Assembly (NCBI GenBank): GCA_023396615.1
Contig: JAEWVM010000009.1
Span: 966 to 64,965 of the forward strand
Direction: 5' to 3'
Source: Spirochaetota bacterium
Lineage (GTDB): Bacteria > Spirochaetota > UBA4802 > JAFGJZ01
Length of the DNA stretch: 64,000 nt
Below are positions 51,729 to 60,134 of this stretch, piece by piece. How positions within the stretch are numbered: the stretch's first letter is position 1; each line of letters opens with the position of its first letter. The notes beneath the pieces are model-generated. The model worked only from the letters and a program-made list of their open reading frames with translations. It searched no databases and was not told the origin of the DNA. Position numbers and translations under genes: made by a program.

Positions 51729-52726
51729 GCGATCCTCACTGAATCAAGATAATTATCTTCAGCTGCTTTATCAGCTGTAACCGTAAATTCGGAATTATTT
51801 CCACGAACGGTAATTGTATTTGTTTTATCAGCATCCGGCTTTCCATGCCGGTAAAGAACAGTATACGCTGTTTCAAGATCGGCTTCAGAAGCATTACCGC
51901 GGATAAAACCTACAGGTCCTCTGAAATTAGAAATAAGATACATGTCGGATTCATGCGAATATTTATCAAGAATTTCCGTCTCTTCGGCATTGCGTGAGAC
52001 GATAAGCTTACAGGATGTTGAAAGCCTGTAATGACGGCCGACACTCAATAAATAAATGTCTATATCTCGGTAATCCGGATGCACCGAAAGAAGATCCTTA
52101 AGTCTCGCGGAATAAGTTATATCGGTAAAAAGACATCCTCCGGCAGGAGAAGCATACTCTTCAATTCCGTATTCGCGCGCCAAAGAAAACTGCCGGTCTC
52201 TTCCGCGTCCGTTGATATCAAGAAGCTTTTCTCTGTCGATGAGACCGTCTCTTTCGGCTTTTATCGGATTCAGGAGTTTCGCCGAGAGAGGACGAAGAAG
52301 GTAATCCTTCAAAGATGATTCTTTTTCTATAAGGTTCATTTTATTGCGCTGTTGCGACATCGGTCTTTGACCGACAACTTCACCGGTAGCGACAAAATCA
52401 TAACCGTTCTTTCTCATATATTCCGCTGCATAACGGAGAAAAAATATTTTGCAGTCAACGCACGGATTCATATTCTTTCCGTAACCGTATGAAGGATTTT
52501 TAAGCATTTCCATGTATTCCGAACCGGTACGGATATGCTGAACCTGCAGACCTATTCTTTCGGCGTAAAGTGATGCTTTGGTTTCGTTTGGATCGGCATG
52601 CGGCGGAAAAAACGGAAGAAGAAAATGAAGACCGATTAGCTCAATGTTTTGTTCAAGAAGAACCTTGGCGGCAAGAAGCGAATCAAGCCCGCCCGAATAT
52701 AATAAAATGCCCTTTGCTTTTTTCAT
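51725..52726 (-). CDS. ThiI-like PP-loop ATP pyrophosphatase lacking a THUMP domain, with unknown C-terminal extension
   Basis: SGGLDS PP-loop; ...FVATGEVVGQRPMSQQRNKMNLIEKESSLKDYLLRPL... parallels ThiI TGEALGQVSSQTL...LRPL; AGGC context like the ThiI catalytic Cys. ATGA overlap with purN. Confidence 0.55.
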   Translation of the reverse strand: MKKAKGILLYSGGLDSLLAAKVLLEQNIELIGLHFLLPFFPPHADPNETKASLYAERIGLQVQHIRTGSEYMEMLKNPSYGYGKNMNPCVDCKIFFLRYAAEYMRKNGYDFVATGEVVGQRPMSQQRNKMNLIEKESSLKDYLLRPLSAKLLNPIKAERDGLIDREKLLDINGRGRDRQFSLAREYGIEEYASPAGGCLFTDITYSARLKDLLSVHPDYRDIDIYLLSVGRHYRLSTSCKLIVSRNAEETEILDKYSHESDMYLISNFRGPVGFIRGNASEADLETAYTVLYRHGKPDADKTNTITVRGNNSEFTVTADKAAEDNYLDSVRIA

Positions 52727-52778
52727 TACTCAAAGCTAAAAAATATGCCGAGAACGTCAATATTAATCCTTCGGCAGG

Positions 52779-53453
52779 CTACTGATTATCAACACGGAAA
52801 TAGATGCGCTTCCACTTATATGATCCGTCCTTGTAGAACGATGTAACGTAAAAATCCTGTTCAGTAGCTTTTTCGATGACATCAAGGGCTATCTTGTTTG
52901 AATTATCCGCGATCTCAATGTCGTTATCAGCCGTAAGAATAAGCTTTACCTTTTCATCCGTTACTGAAGAAATATTATCATAAACTTTCTCGTCGGTAGA
53001 ATCGTATTTCTGCGAATCCATGTATTCGAGATATCCGTAATAATCGAAATAATCACCAAACTCCTGTATCGATGCCGAAAAAAAATCAGCGCAGGGATAA
53101 ACAATCACGTGAAAAAAACCGGCAGCTTTTTCACCCTGTCCGACTCTTTTAACGAGTTGGCGAAGCATGGAAAACTGGGTATTTATTATCAATTCATTCA
53201 TTATGAATTTAATATGGCGTTTTTTCATCCATTCAAAAGAATGAATCATCTTTTCGATCCGCGCTTTAAAATCCTTATAATGAATTTCGCCGAGGCCCAC
53301 CACAAAGATATACGGCCCGATAATTCTGCCGTTTTTGTCGTAAGATGCTTCAACTATGACGCGGTTTTTTTGTTCGTTAAGCTTGCGTCTGTATTCGAAG
53401 GGAACAAGTTCGTTAAAATCGCTGATCTCTTTCATAATGCTATTTAAAGCCAT
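52779..53453 (-). CDS. Hypothetical protein
   Basis: 224 aa; acidic, Tyr-rich C-terminal half; no confident domain. Confidence 0.35.
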   Translation of the reverse strand: MALNSIMKEISDFNELVPFEYRRKLNEQKNRVIVEASYDKNGRIIGPYIFVVGLGEIHYKDFKARIEKMIHSFEWMKKRHIKFIMNELIINTQFSMLRQLVKRVGQGEKAAGFFHVIVYPCADFFSASIQEFGDYFDYYGYLEYMDSQKYDSTDEKVYDNISSVTDEKVKLILTADNDIEIADNSNKIALDVIEKATEQDFYVTSFYKDGSYKWKRIYFRVDNQ

Positions 53454-53834
53454 ATTTTTTTATTAGTCAATTCATTAATCAATTTAGACCGCAGATAAAA
53501 AAAAGCGAGCCGAAGCCCGCCAACAAAATATTAAGAAGGGTGAAGATGTAACAGCCGATCCGATGTCCCGGCGCTATTAGAAAGGGGATTATAACGCGCC
53601 GGAACAATCGGCTATCAATGAGGACATAATAAGCGATATAATAAAACTGTCAATTAAAATCCGTCCGGTTGGTATTTTTTATTATATTTTTATCTTTTTT
53701 TCTATTTTTTTCGAACAACCTTTGTATTGCAGGGTTTATTACATGATAATTGTAATTATAACCGTAAAACACAGTTTTTCATGAAACTGACGCTTATATA
53801 ATATTTTTAATTGAAAAATGAGGTATCTCAGGAG

Positions 53835-54710
53835 ATGATTGTCATTATGAAGAACAGCAGTCTTCAAAAAAGCCGTGATACAACAGATTCGTCTCTCACA
53901 TGGTATCTTGACAGAATAAACAAGATTCCGATGCTGACAAGAGAGGAAGAAGATCTCTATGCCCGTTTGGCGAAAAACGGCGATCCGGAAGCCAAAAACG
54001 TTCTGGTAAAATCAAATCTTAGATTTGTCGTATCTATAGCAAAAAAATATCAGACTAACGGAATATCACTGCTAGATCTCATCAACGAAGGAAACATGGG
54101 TCTTATCAAGGCCGCCGAAAAATTTGATCCGGACAAAGGATTTCATTTCATATCATATGCAGTGTGGTGGATACGTCAGGCTATAATGCTTGCGATTTCA
54201 CAGAAAACTTCGCTGATCAGAATTCCGCTCAACAGAAGCGCCGATCTTCAAAAAGTCGAAAAAGTTCATAAATCTCTCGAATCTAAACTTCACAGGGAGC
54301 CCACTGCCGAGGAAATATCCGAAGGCCTCGACATGAACAATGACCAGCTCAACTACCTGAAAAATATACCTCAGGAATTCGTTTCTCTTGATGCGGCAAT
54401 GAGCGATTCTGACGATACACCGATAGTCAACATGATCGAAGATGACAGGGGAGATTCACCGGATAAAGAAATTTTAAACCAGACATTATCAAACGAAATA
54501 AAAAACATTCTCGAAACGCTAACCAAATCAGAAAGAGAAATCATCAAAATGCGTTTCGGTCTCGATGAACATAAACCAATGTCGCTTCAGCAGATAGGAG
54601 ACAAATACGGTCTCTCCAAGGAACGCATACGCCAGATTGAAAAAAAAGCTCTCAGAAAACTGAATGCATCCCCTATCCGCCATAACCTCGAAGGATTTAT
54701 GGGCGAATAA
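53835..54710 (+). CDS. RNA polymerase sigma factor, sigma70 family (regions 1.2-4 present; RpoS-like or group 3)
   Basis: Region 2 ...NLRFVVSIAKKY...DLINEGNMGLIKAAEKFDPDKGFHFISYAVWWIRQAI..., and region 4.2 ...LQQIGDKYGLSKERIRQIEKKALRKL. Start ambiguous: TTG at 53811, ATG at 53835 or 53847. Confidence 0.8.
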   Translation: MIVIMKNSSLQKSRDTTDSSLTWYLDRINKIPMLTREEEDLYARLAKNGDPEAKNVLVKSNLRFVVSIAKKYQTNGISLLDLINEGNMGLIKAAEKFDPDKGFHFISYAVWWIRQAIMLAISQKTSLIRIPLNRSADLQKVEKVHKSLESKLHREPTAEEISEGLDMNNDQLNYLKNIPQEFVSLDAAMSDSDDTPIVNMIEDDRGDSPDKEILNQTLSNEIKNILETLTKSEREIIKMRFGLDEHKPMSLQQIGDKYGLSKERIRQIEKKALRKLNASPIRHNLEGFMGE

Positions 54711-56750
54711 TCAGCTTCCGTGTTTTTCCTTCAAATATCCGTATATTTCATCCTGAGATCGTGTTTTAACCTCTCCGCCTCGGTAATACTTGTTTGAAAG
54801 CGATTCATCGAGAATTCTCGATTTAATATTATCATTCCATGATATCTCAAGAATATCGCGGAGCTCATTTCTTATTGAACTATCATAAATAGGAACGGCT
54901 ACCTCGATCCTGTTATCAAGATTTCTGCTCATTAGATCTGCCGAAGAAATATAACAAAGCTCATTGCCGCCGTTTGAAAAAAAATATACCCGTGAATGTT
55001 CAAGATACCGGTCAATAAGTCCTCTTGCTTCGATATTTGCAGTCGAACTGTCAAGCACAAGCGAGAACATACCGCGAACGAGAAGTCGGACTCTGACACC
55101 GGATTCTGCCGCACGGCGGATATATTTTATCATTTCACGGTCAACGAGATTATTTATCTTGAAAAATATTTCAGCGTCAACACCGCTTTCCGCATTACGT
55201 ATCTCATTCTTGATAAGTCTCTTTAATTCATCTCGCATGTTAAAAGGAGCCACCAGCAGATTGCGGTAAGAATGATGCCTGAAATTCATTACAAAAAAAT
55301 CAAAAAGTTCTGATATCTCGGAAGTTATTCTCTTATCCGATGTTAGAAGATAGTGATCGGTATATTGACGGGCAGTTTCTTCATTAAAGTTTCCCGTACC
55401 TATTATGCAGTAATTTTTAAACGCATTATTCTCGCGTCTGGTAATCATGCATAGTTTAGAATGAACCTTAAGGCCTGCAATCCCGAGAATTACCTTAACG
55501 CCCTCCTCTTTCATGAGGTTTGCCCAGTAGATATTATTGTCCTCGTCAAAACGTGCCTGAATCTCCATGAGAACCGTAACTTTCTTTCCGTTTTTGCTAG
55601 CATTGATGAGCGCATTCGAGATACTCGAATCCTTTGCCACCCTATAAAGCGTTATCTTGATTTCGGTAACATTAGTATCCATAGAGGCTTCACGCAGAAG
55701 ATCAATAATCATGTTGAAAGAGTTATACGGAAAATGAAGCATCACATCGCGCTTACGTATTACGGATATTATGCTTGATTCGGAAAGCAGTTCCCTGTGC
55801 ACAATCGGCTCACGTCTGATGTCGGAATCTTCGGAAGGAAGAATATTCGGAAACCGCATGAAGTCCTTGAAGTTGTGATATCTTCCGCCGGGTACAAAAG
55901 TTTCATTGCGCTTGAGATTCATTTTTTTGAGAAAATACGAAAGCATTTCTTCCGGAACGGTGGAATCATAACTAATGCGCACCGGAGCTCCGGAATGACG
56001 TTTCTTCAATGACTTGCTGACTTTATTAAGCAGTGACTCTCCCAAATCATCGCCGAGATCAAGCTCAGCATCGCGCGTCATTTTGATATCATATGCTTCA
56101 AAAGTATCATATCCGAACGGCGAGAAAATATCGCTCAAACCGAAACGGATGACGTCATCAAGAAAAATAACACATTTCTTTTCACCGTCCCTCGGCAGAA
56201 CGATAAAACGCGGAATGAGTCCTGAAGGCACTTCTATAAGACTGTATTGGTCTTTCTTTTCGATTGAATTTGAAAGTTTTACCATAAGATAAATTGATCT
56301 GTCGCGAAGAGGCGGCAGAACTATATTCTTGCCAAGCATCACAGGAAAAATCTTGGGTCTGACGGTTTCATTGAAATAAATCCTGATGAACCGCTTCTGT
56401 TCCTCGTTAAGATTATTTTCATTCATGAAAAAGACATTACGTCTTTCGAGCTCTGTTATGATGTTTGAAAAGCATGTATCAAATTCGAGATGCCGCGTCC
56501 ACATTATATCCTGGATCTCTGCGAGTATCTTCTTCGGATCACCGCCCATAAGAGGATAAGCCTTTTTGCCGAGAGGCGCAAATCTGTTAAGTGTCGCGAC
56601 CTTAATTTCAAAAAATTCATCGAGATTTGAAGAATATATTCCAAGAAATTTGATTCTCTGCATAAGCGGAACGCCGGGATCATTCGCTTCCTGAAGAACC
56701 CTTGCATTAAATGATATCCAGCTTATTTCTTTTGGTCTATAGTCTTTCAA
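54711..56750 (-). CDS. ppk: Polyphosphate kinase 1
   Basis: N-domain, head domain, and two PLD-like C domains (...VHSKLCMI...). Its stop abuts the sigma-factor stop. Confidence 0.85.
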   Translation of the reverse strand: MKDYRPKEISWISFNARVLQEANDPGVPLMQRIKFLGIYSSNLDEFFEIKVATLNRFAPLGKKAYPLMGGDPKKILAEIQDIMWTRHLEFDTCFSNIITELERRNVFFMNENNLNEEQKRFIRIYFNETVRPKIFPVMLGKNIVLPPLRDRSIYLMVKLSNSIEKKDQYSLIEVPSGLIPRFIVLPRDGEKKCVIFLDDVIRFGLSDIFSPFGYDTFEAYDIKMTRDAELDLGDDLGESLLNKVSKSLKKRHSGAPVRISYDSTVPEEMLSYFLKKMNLKRNETFVPGGRYHNFKDFMRFPNILPSEDSDIRREPIVHRELLSESSIISVIRKRDVMLHFPYNSFNMIIDLLREASMDTNVTEIKITLYRVAKDSSISNALINASKNGKKVTVLMEIQARFDEDNNIYWANLMKEEGVKVILGIAGLKVHSKLCMITRRENNAFKNYCIIGTGNFNEETARQYTDHYLLTSDKRITSEISELFDFFVMNFRHHSYRNLLVAPFNMRDELKRLIKNEIRNAESGVDAEIFFKINNLVDREMIKYIRRAAESGVRVRLLVRGMFSLVLDSSTANIEARGLIDRYLEHSRVYFFSNGGNELCYISSADLMSRNLDNRIEVAVPIYDSSIRNELRDILEISWNDNIKSRILDESLSNKYYRGGEVKTRSQDEIYGYLKEKHGS

Positions 56751-57622
56751 GAGTTTTTCCCCTGAGAAGACGAATCTTTAAAACTATTTCCTTCATCAAG
56801 CAGACGCTGAAGAATTTCTTTTTTATTTTTCATTTTCATAATCTTTTCATTCATCTTCTCTTCTATCTTTGCCATTTTTTTCATGACCTTGTCTTTCTCT
56901 CGCTCTTCCTTTTCTCTTTCTTTTTTTTCTGTAAGTAAAAGCGATTTCTTTAAAAGTTCAATGCTTCGAACTGTCACGACGCTTGAAGAATCAAGAATCT
57001 TTCGGGCAATTTTACCGGCCTTGAGAGACAAATCATCCGGCGATATATTTTTTGAATTTTCAAAAAATGAATCAATCATCTGGGCCGATTCATCCCTCAG
57101 ACTGCGTATTATATTTTTGCCGAACTTGTCAAGATCATCATTTATAAATTTATAAAATACAAAATGCCCGCTGTTTTCTTTGATGTCCACGAATTTTTCG
57201 GAATCAAATTCAAACATGACGCATGAAGCAGTCGGAAGAGAAAAAACAAAATCTCTGCAGAAATATTTTGCAAGCTTTTCAAGAAGCGGATTATGCCCGA
57301 CAATGCAGACATTATTGTATCTTTCGGAAATTGTTTCAATGCAATGCAGAACCGCTTCCATATCCTGAGAATAAAGGCTTTCATTGATCTGAACATTATC
57401 ACGGGAAAAGCCTGACTCTTCCGCTATTATAACCGCACTCTCAAACGCCCGCAAAGCTATACTCGAATAAAAACCGTCAATAGCACATGAGTTATCTTTT
57501 TTGAGGTTTTCCGCAAGCAAATAGATATTTTTTCTGCCTGAAGTCGAAAGCAAACGCGCATAATCGGTTTCGTCATTATCCTTAACAGCTTTCCCATGAC
57601 GAACAAGAAAAATTTTTTTCAT
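56747..57622 (-). CDS. Histidine-phosphatase-superfamily (SixA-like) protein with K/E-rich coiled-coil C-terminal extension
   Basis: LVRHGKA (RHG motif) ...VGHNP... in the first ~160 aa, then EKKEREKEEREKDK... tail; ATGA overlap with ppk. Confidence 0.6.
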   Translation of the reverse strand: MKKIFLVRHGKAVKDNDETDYARLLSTSGRKNIYLLAENLKKDNSCAIDGFYSSIALRAFESAVIIAEESGFSRDNVQINESLYSQDMEAVLHCIETISERYNNVCIVGHNPLLEKLAKYFCRDFVFSLPTASCVMFEFDSEKFVDIKENSGHFVFYKFINDDLDKFGKNIIRSLRDESAQMIDSFFENSKNISPDDLSLKAGKIARKILDSSSVVTVRSIELLKKSLLLTEKKEREKEEREKDKVMKKMAKIEEKMNEKIMKMKNKKEILQRLLDEGNSFKDSSSQGKNS

Positions 57623-57623
57623 A

Positions 57624-58649
57624 TCAGTCTCCGAAACTTGTTCCGAGAAGACGCGCTTCCTTGACTAGCGGATCATCTTTCTGAACAGTTTTAATTTTTC
57701 CTGCAACTTCCTTTAATGGAACCGCAACCGTATCAGTATCCCGAAGAGAAGTCATAAAACCGAATTTTCCGGAATGAGCCAGTTCCGCGGCATGTGCGCC
57801 GAGGCGCGTGGATATTACACGGTCCATTGGAGAAGGAGATCCTCCGCGCTGAATATATCCCAAAATGGTTTCTCGTGTTTCAAGACCGGTATATTCCATT
57901 ATTTTTTTAGCGATATAATGACCCTTAGATTTTTTTGGTTTAGGCGTGTCAATCCCTTCGGCAACCACTACAATCGAATACGGCTTACGCTCATCATATC
58001 TTTTGGTAAGAACACTGCAAATGGATTCCATAGTGTACGGAATTTCCGGAATCAGAATAACATCACCGCCTCCGGCAATACCGGAATAAAGAGCAAGCCA
58101 TCCGGCATGATGCCCCATCACTTCAATTACCATAATGCGCTTGTGAGAATTCGCAGTCGTATGAATTCTGTCAATCGCTTCAGTCGCGATGTTAACGGCT
58201 GAATAAAATCCGAAAGATACGTCCGTACCCCAGACATCATTATCAATAGTCTTCGGAACGCCTATGATATTGAGACCTTCCTTGTGAAGCTGATAGGCCG
58301 TCTTCATGGTTCCGTTGCCGCCGAGGCAGATTAAACAGTCAAGACCAAGCTCTTTGTAGTTCTCCTTAATAGTCTGAACCTTGTCGAGAGTGCCGTTGTC
58401 GTTTTTGAACGGTTTTTCCCTTGAAGTGCGCAGAATGGTTCCGCCCTCAGTTAGAATTCCTGAAAGAAGATTTTCAGTAAGAGTTACATACTCCCGGTCG
58501 ATCAGCCCCCTGAAACCGGAACAGATTCCGATAACTTCCATGCCGTATTCGACAATGGCGCTTTTTCCGACACCGCGTATAGCCGCATTCAGTCCGGGAC
58601 AATCCCCTCCTGCAGTCAGAATTCCGATACGCATGCCTTTACTTTTCAT
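57624..58649 (-). CDS. pfkA: 6-Phosphofructokinase
   Basis: MRIGILTAGGDCPGLNAAIRG, ...GGNGT..., PKTIDNDV, ...MGHHAGW... Confidence 0.85.
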   Translation of the reverse strand: MKSKGMRIGILTAGGDCPGLNAAIRGVGKSAIVEYGMEVIGICSGFRGLIDREYVTLTENLLSGILTEGGTILRTSREKPFKNDNGTLDKVQTIKENYKELGLDCLICLGGNGTMKTAYQLHKEGLNIIGVPKTIDNDVWGTDVSFGFYSAVNIATEAIDRIHTTANSHKRIMVIEVMGHHAGWLALYSGIAGGGDVILIPEIPYTMESICSVLTKRYDERKPYSIVVVAEGIDTPKPKKSKGHYIAKKIMEYTGLETRETILGYIQRGGSPSPMDRVISTRLGAHAAELAHSGKFGFMTSLRDTDTVAVPLKEVAGKIKTVQKDDPLVKEARLLGTSFGD

Positions 58650-58766
58650 AAGTTCCTCGATTGAAAAAGTCGTAATTATTGTAGATCTGCCGCGCAGAAA
58701 ATGTCAAATCAATAGATTGAGGCGGGTATAAATTTAAAATTAAGACTGAACATAATCTTAACAAAA

Positions 58767-59888
58767 TCAGAATTTGAAGTGACGTTTTATGCTCATCGCT
58801 TCAAAAGCACAGACTTCATGACAACAGTAACAGCGAATGCACTTGGATAAATCAACCTTCAAATGTTTGCCTTCTTTCGATTGTCTGACGGAAATAGCCT
58901 GAGGAGAACATATCGAAAAACACTTCATGCACAAAACGCATTTTTCTCCTATGGAAGGAGCCGGTATAAAAACATTACGAACGAGATTATAAATTCTACG
59001 GTTAAGAATTTTCCGCAGAAAAGCGATGTCTGTGACTTTTTCAACGAGCTTAAAAGATGAAGGCTTCAAAGATACGGCATCATCACCGGATATTTCGACT
59101 TCAAAGCCGTCACGTCGCTTTTTAGCTTCATAAAGAATCGGAATATCATCAGATTTGTAGCCGATAATTTCCGAACAAACGCAGTCCAGTGCCAGCGGAT
59201 CGAAAGATGCACCGATAAAATTAGTGCTGACAGGCGAACCGTTTCTCGGACCGTCACCTTCCATCGATACGACAGCATCCATAATGGCGAATGATGGAGC
59301 AACCAGATCATGAAGATCAACGATCATTCCAGCGAAATACTTTCTTTCGACGAAACGAAAATGAAATTTTGATTTTTCAAGACCGCTGATAACACCGAAA
59401 ATGTTTTTAATGACGCCGGTATAATACATCTGCTGATGAGTCTTAAGCTTTGCCATGGAAACGATTATATCATTATCAATAACTGGTTTCGCTATATTGA
59501 ATTTTCTGGTAACTTTGCCGTTAGGCGCATCGACAGAAACGGTGTCCTTGAAATCTACAATTTGAACGCCGAGTCTGCGCGCGGCTTGCGCGATTCCGCA
59601 TTTTTCCGCAACACTGTAAACCGATTCAACAGCCGGAGAATCTCCAACACTAACGGTAAAACCGTAATCCATAAAAAGAGAAGCGGCAGCCTCAAATACA
59701 GCCGGATGTGTCGTAACTGCTTCATCAGGATGCGCTCCCATAAGCATGTTGGGCTTGAGAAGAACTCTGCTTCCTTTTGATTTTAAAGAATCAATGCCGC
59801 CGGCAAGATTAAATGTTTTATTGAGGGCTTCTTTAACATCTTTAAGATTATATGTATCAAGCCTTGAAAGTGCAACGACGCTTTTCAT
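58767..59888 (-). CDS. DUF362-domain protein fused to 2x[4Fe-4S] ferredoxin
   Basis: DUF362-like N-terminus (...RVLLKPNML...), C-terminal CVLCMKCFSIC...CIRCYCCHEVC. Confidence 0.6.
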   Translation of the reverse strand: MKSVVALSRLDTYNLKDVKEALNKTFNLAGGIDSLKSKGSRVLLKPNMLMGAHPDEAVTTHPAVFEAAASLFMDYGFTVSVGDSPAVESVYSVAEKCGIAQAARRLGVQIVDFKDTVSVDAPNGKVTRKFNIAKPVIDNDIIVSMAKLKTHQQMYYTGVIKNIFGVISGLEKSKFHFRFVERKYFAGMIVDLHDLVAPSFAIMDAVVSMEGDGPRNGSPVSTNFIGASFDPLALDCVCSEIIGYKSDDIPILYEAKKRRDGFEVEISGDDAVSLKPSSFKLVEKVTDIAFLRKILNRRIYNLVRNVFIPAPSIGEKCVLCMKCFSICSPQAISVRQSKEGKHLKVDLSKCIRCYCCHEVCAFEAMSIKRHFKF

Positions 59889-59923
59889 ACTGTCAGCTTA
59901 GCAAAGAAATAATTATCTGCAAG

Positions 59924-59969
59924 ATATTTTTGCGTTACAAAATATTTTTGCGTTACAAATTTTGCGAAC
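59924..59969. repeat. Tandem direct repeat, about 2.5 copies of an 18-bp unit (ATATTTTTGCGTTACAAA)
   Basis: Copy 1 at 59924-59941 and copy 2 at 59942-59959, both exact; a partial third copy TTTTGCGAAC follows. It lies about 36 nt upstream of the DUF362 start codon on the minus strand. Confidence 0.8.
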
Positions 59970-60134
59970 TATATTATTTTACTTCAGCGATTCATCACAT
60001 TTCAATATTCATCAACAGACAATTCATCATAAAACGACAAGCTTAGAAAATCCTTCAACACGCATAAAAACAAAGAGAAAATGATTGATTTTTTTTATTA
60101 TAAATGAAATATTAAGTAACCGGCGGAGATCAAC

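Noticed and set aside
52779-53453. 224-aa protein divergent from the sigma-factor gene considered as an RsbW-like anti-sigma kinase
   Set aside because: Only a weak E..N N-box-like stretch (NELIINT) is present, with no G1/G2 boxes. It is too tenuous to call and is left as hypothetical.
57624-58649. Calling the PFK PPi-dependent rather than ATP-dependent
   Set aside because: The GGNGT motif and surrounding residues cannot be aligned to the diagnostic Gly/Asp104 and Gly/Lys124 positions with confidence by eye. It is left as generic 6-phosphofructokinase.
59852-60046. 64-aa ORF with repetitive IFLRYKIFLRYKF peptide
   Set aside because: It is a translation artefact of the 18-bp tandem DNA repeat in an intergenic region.
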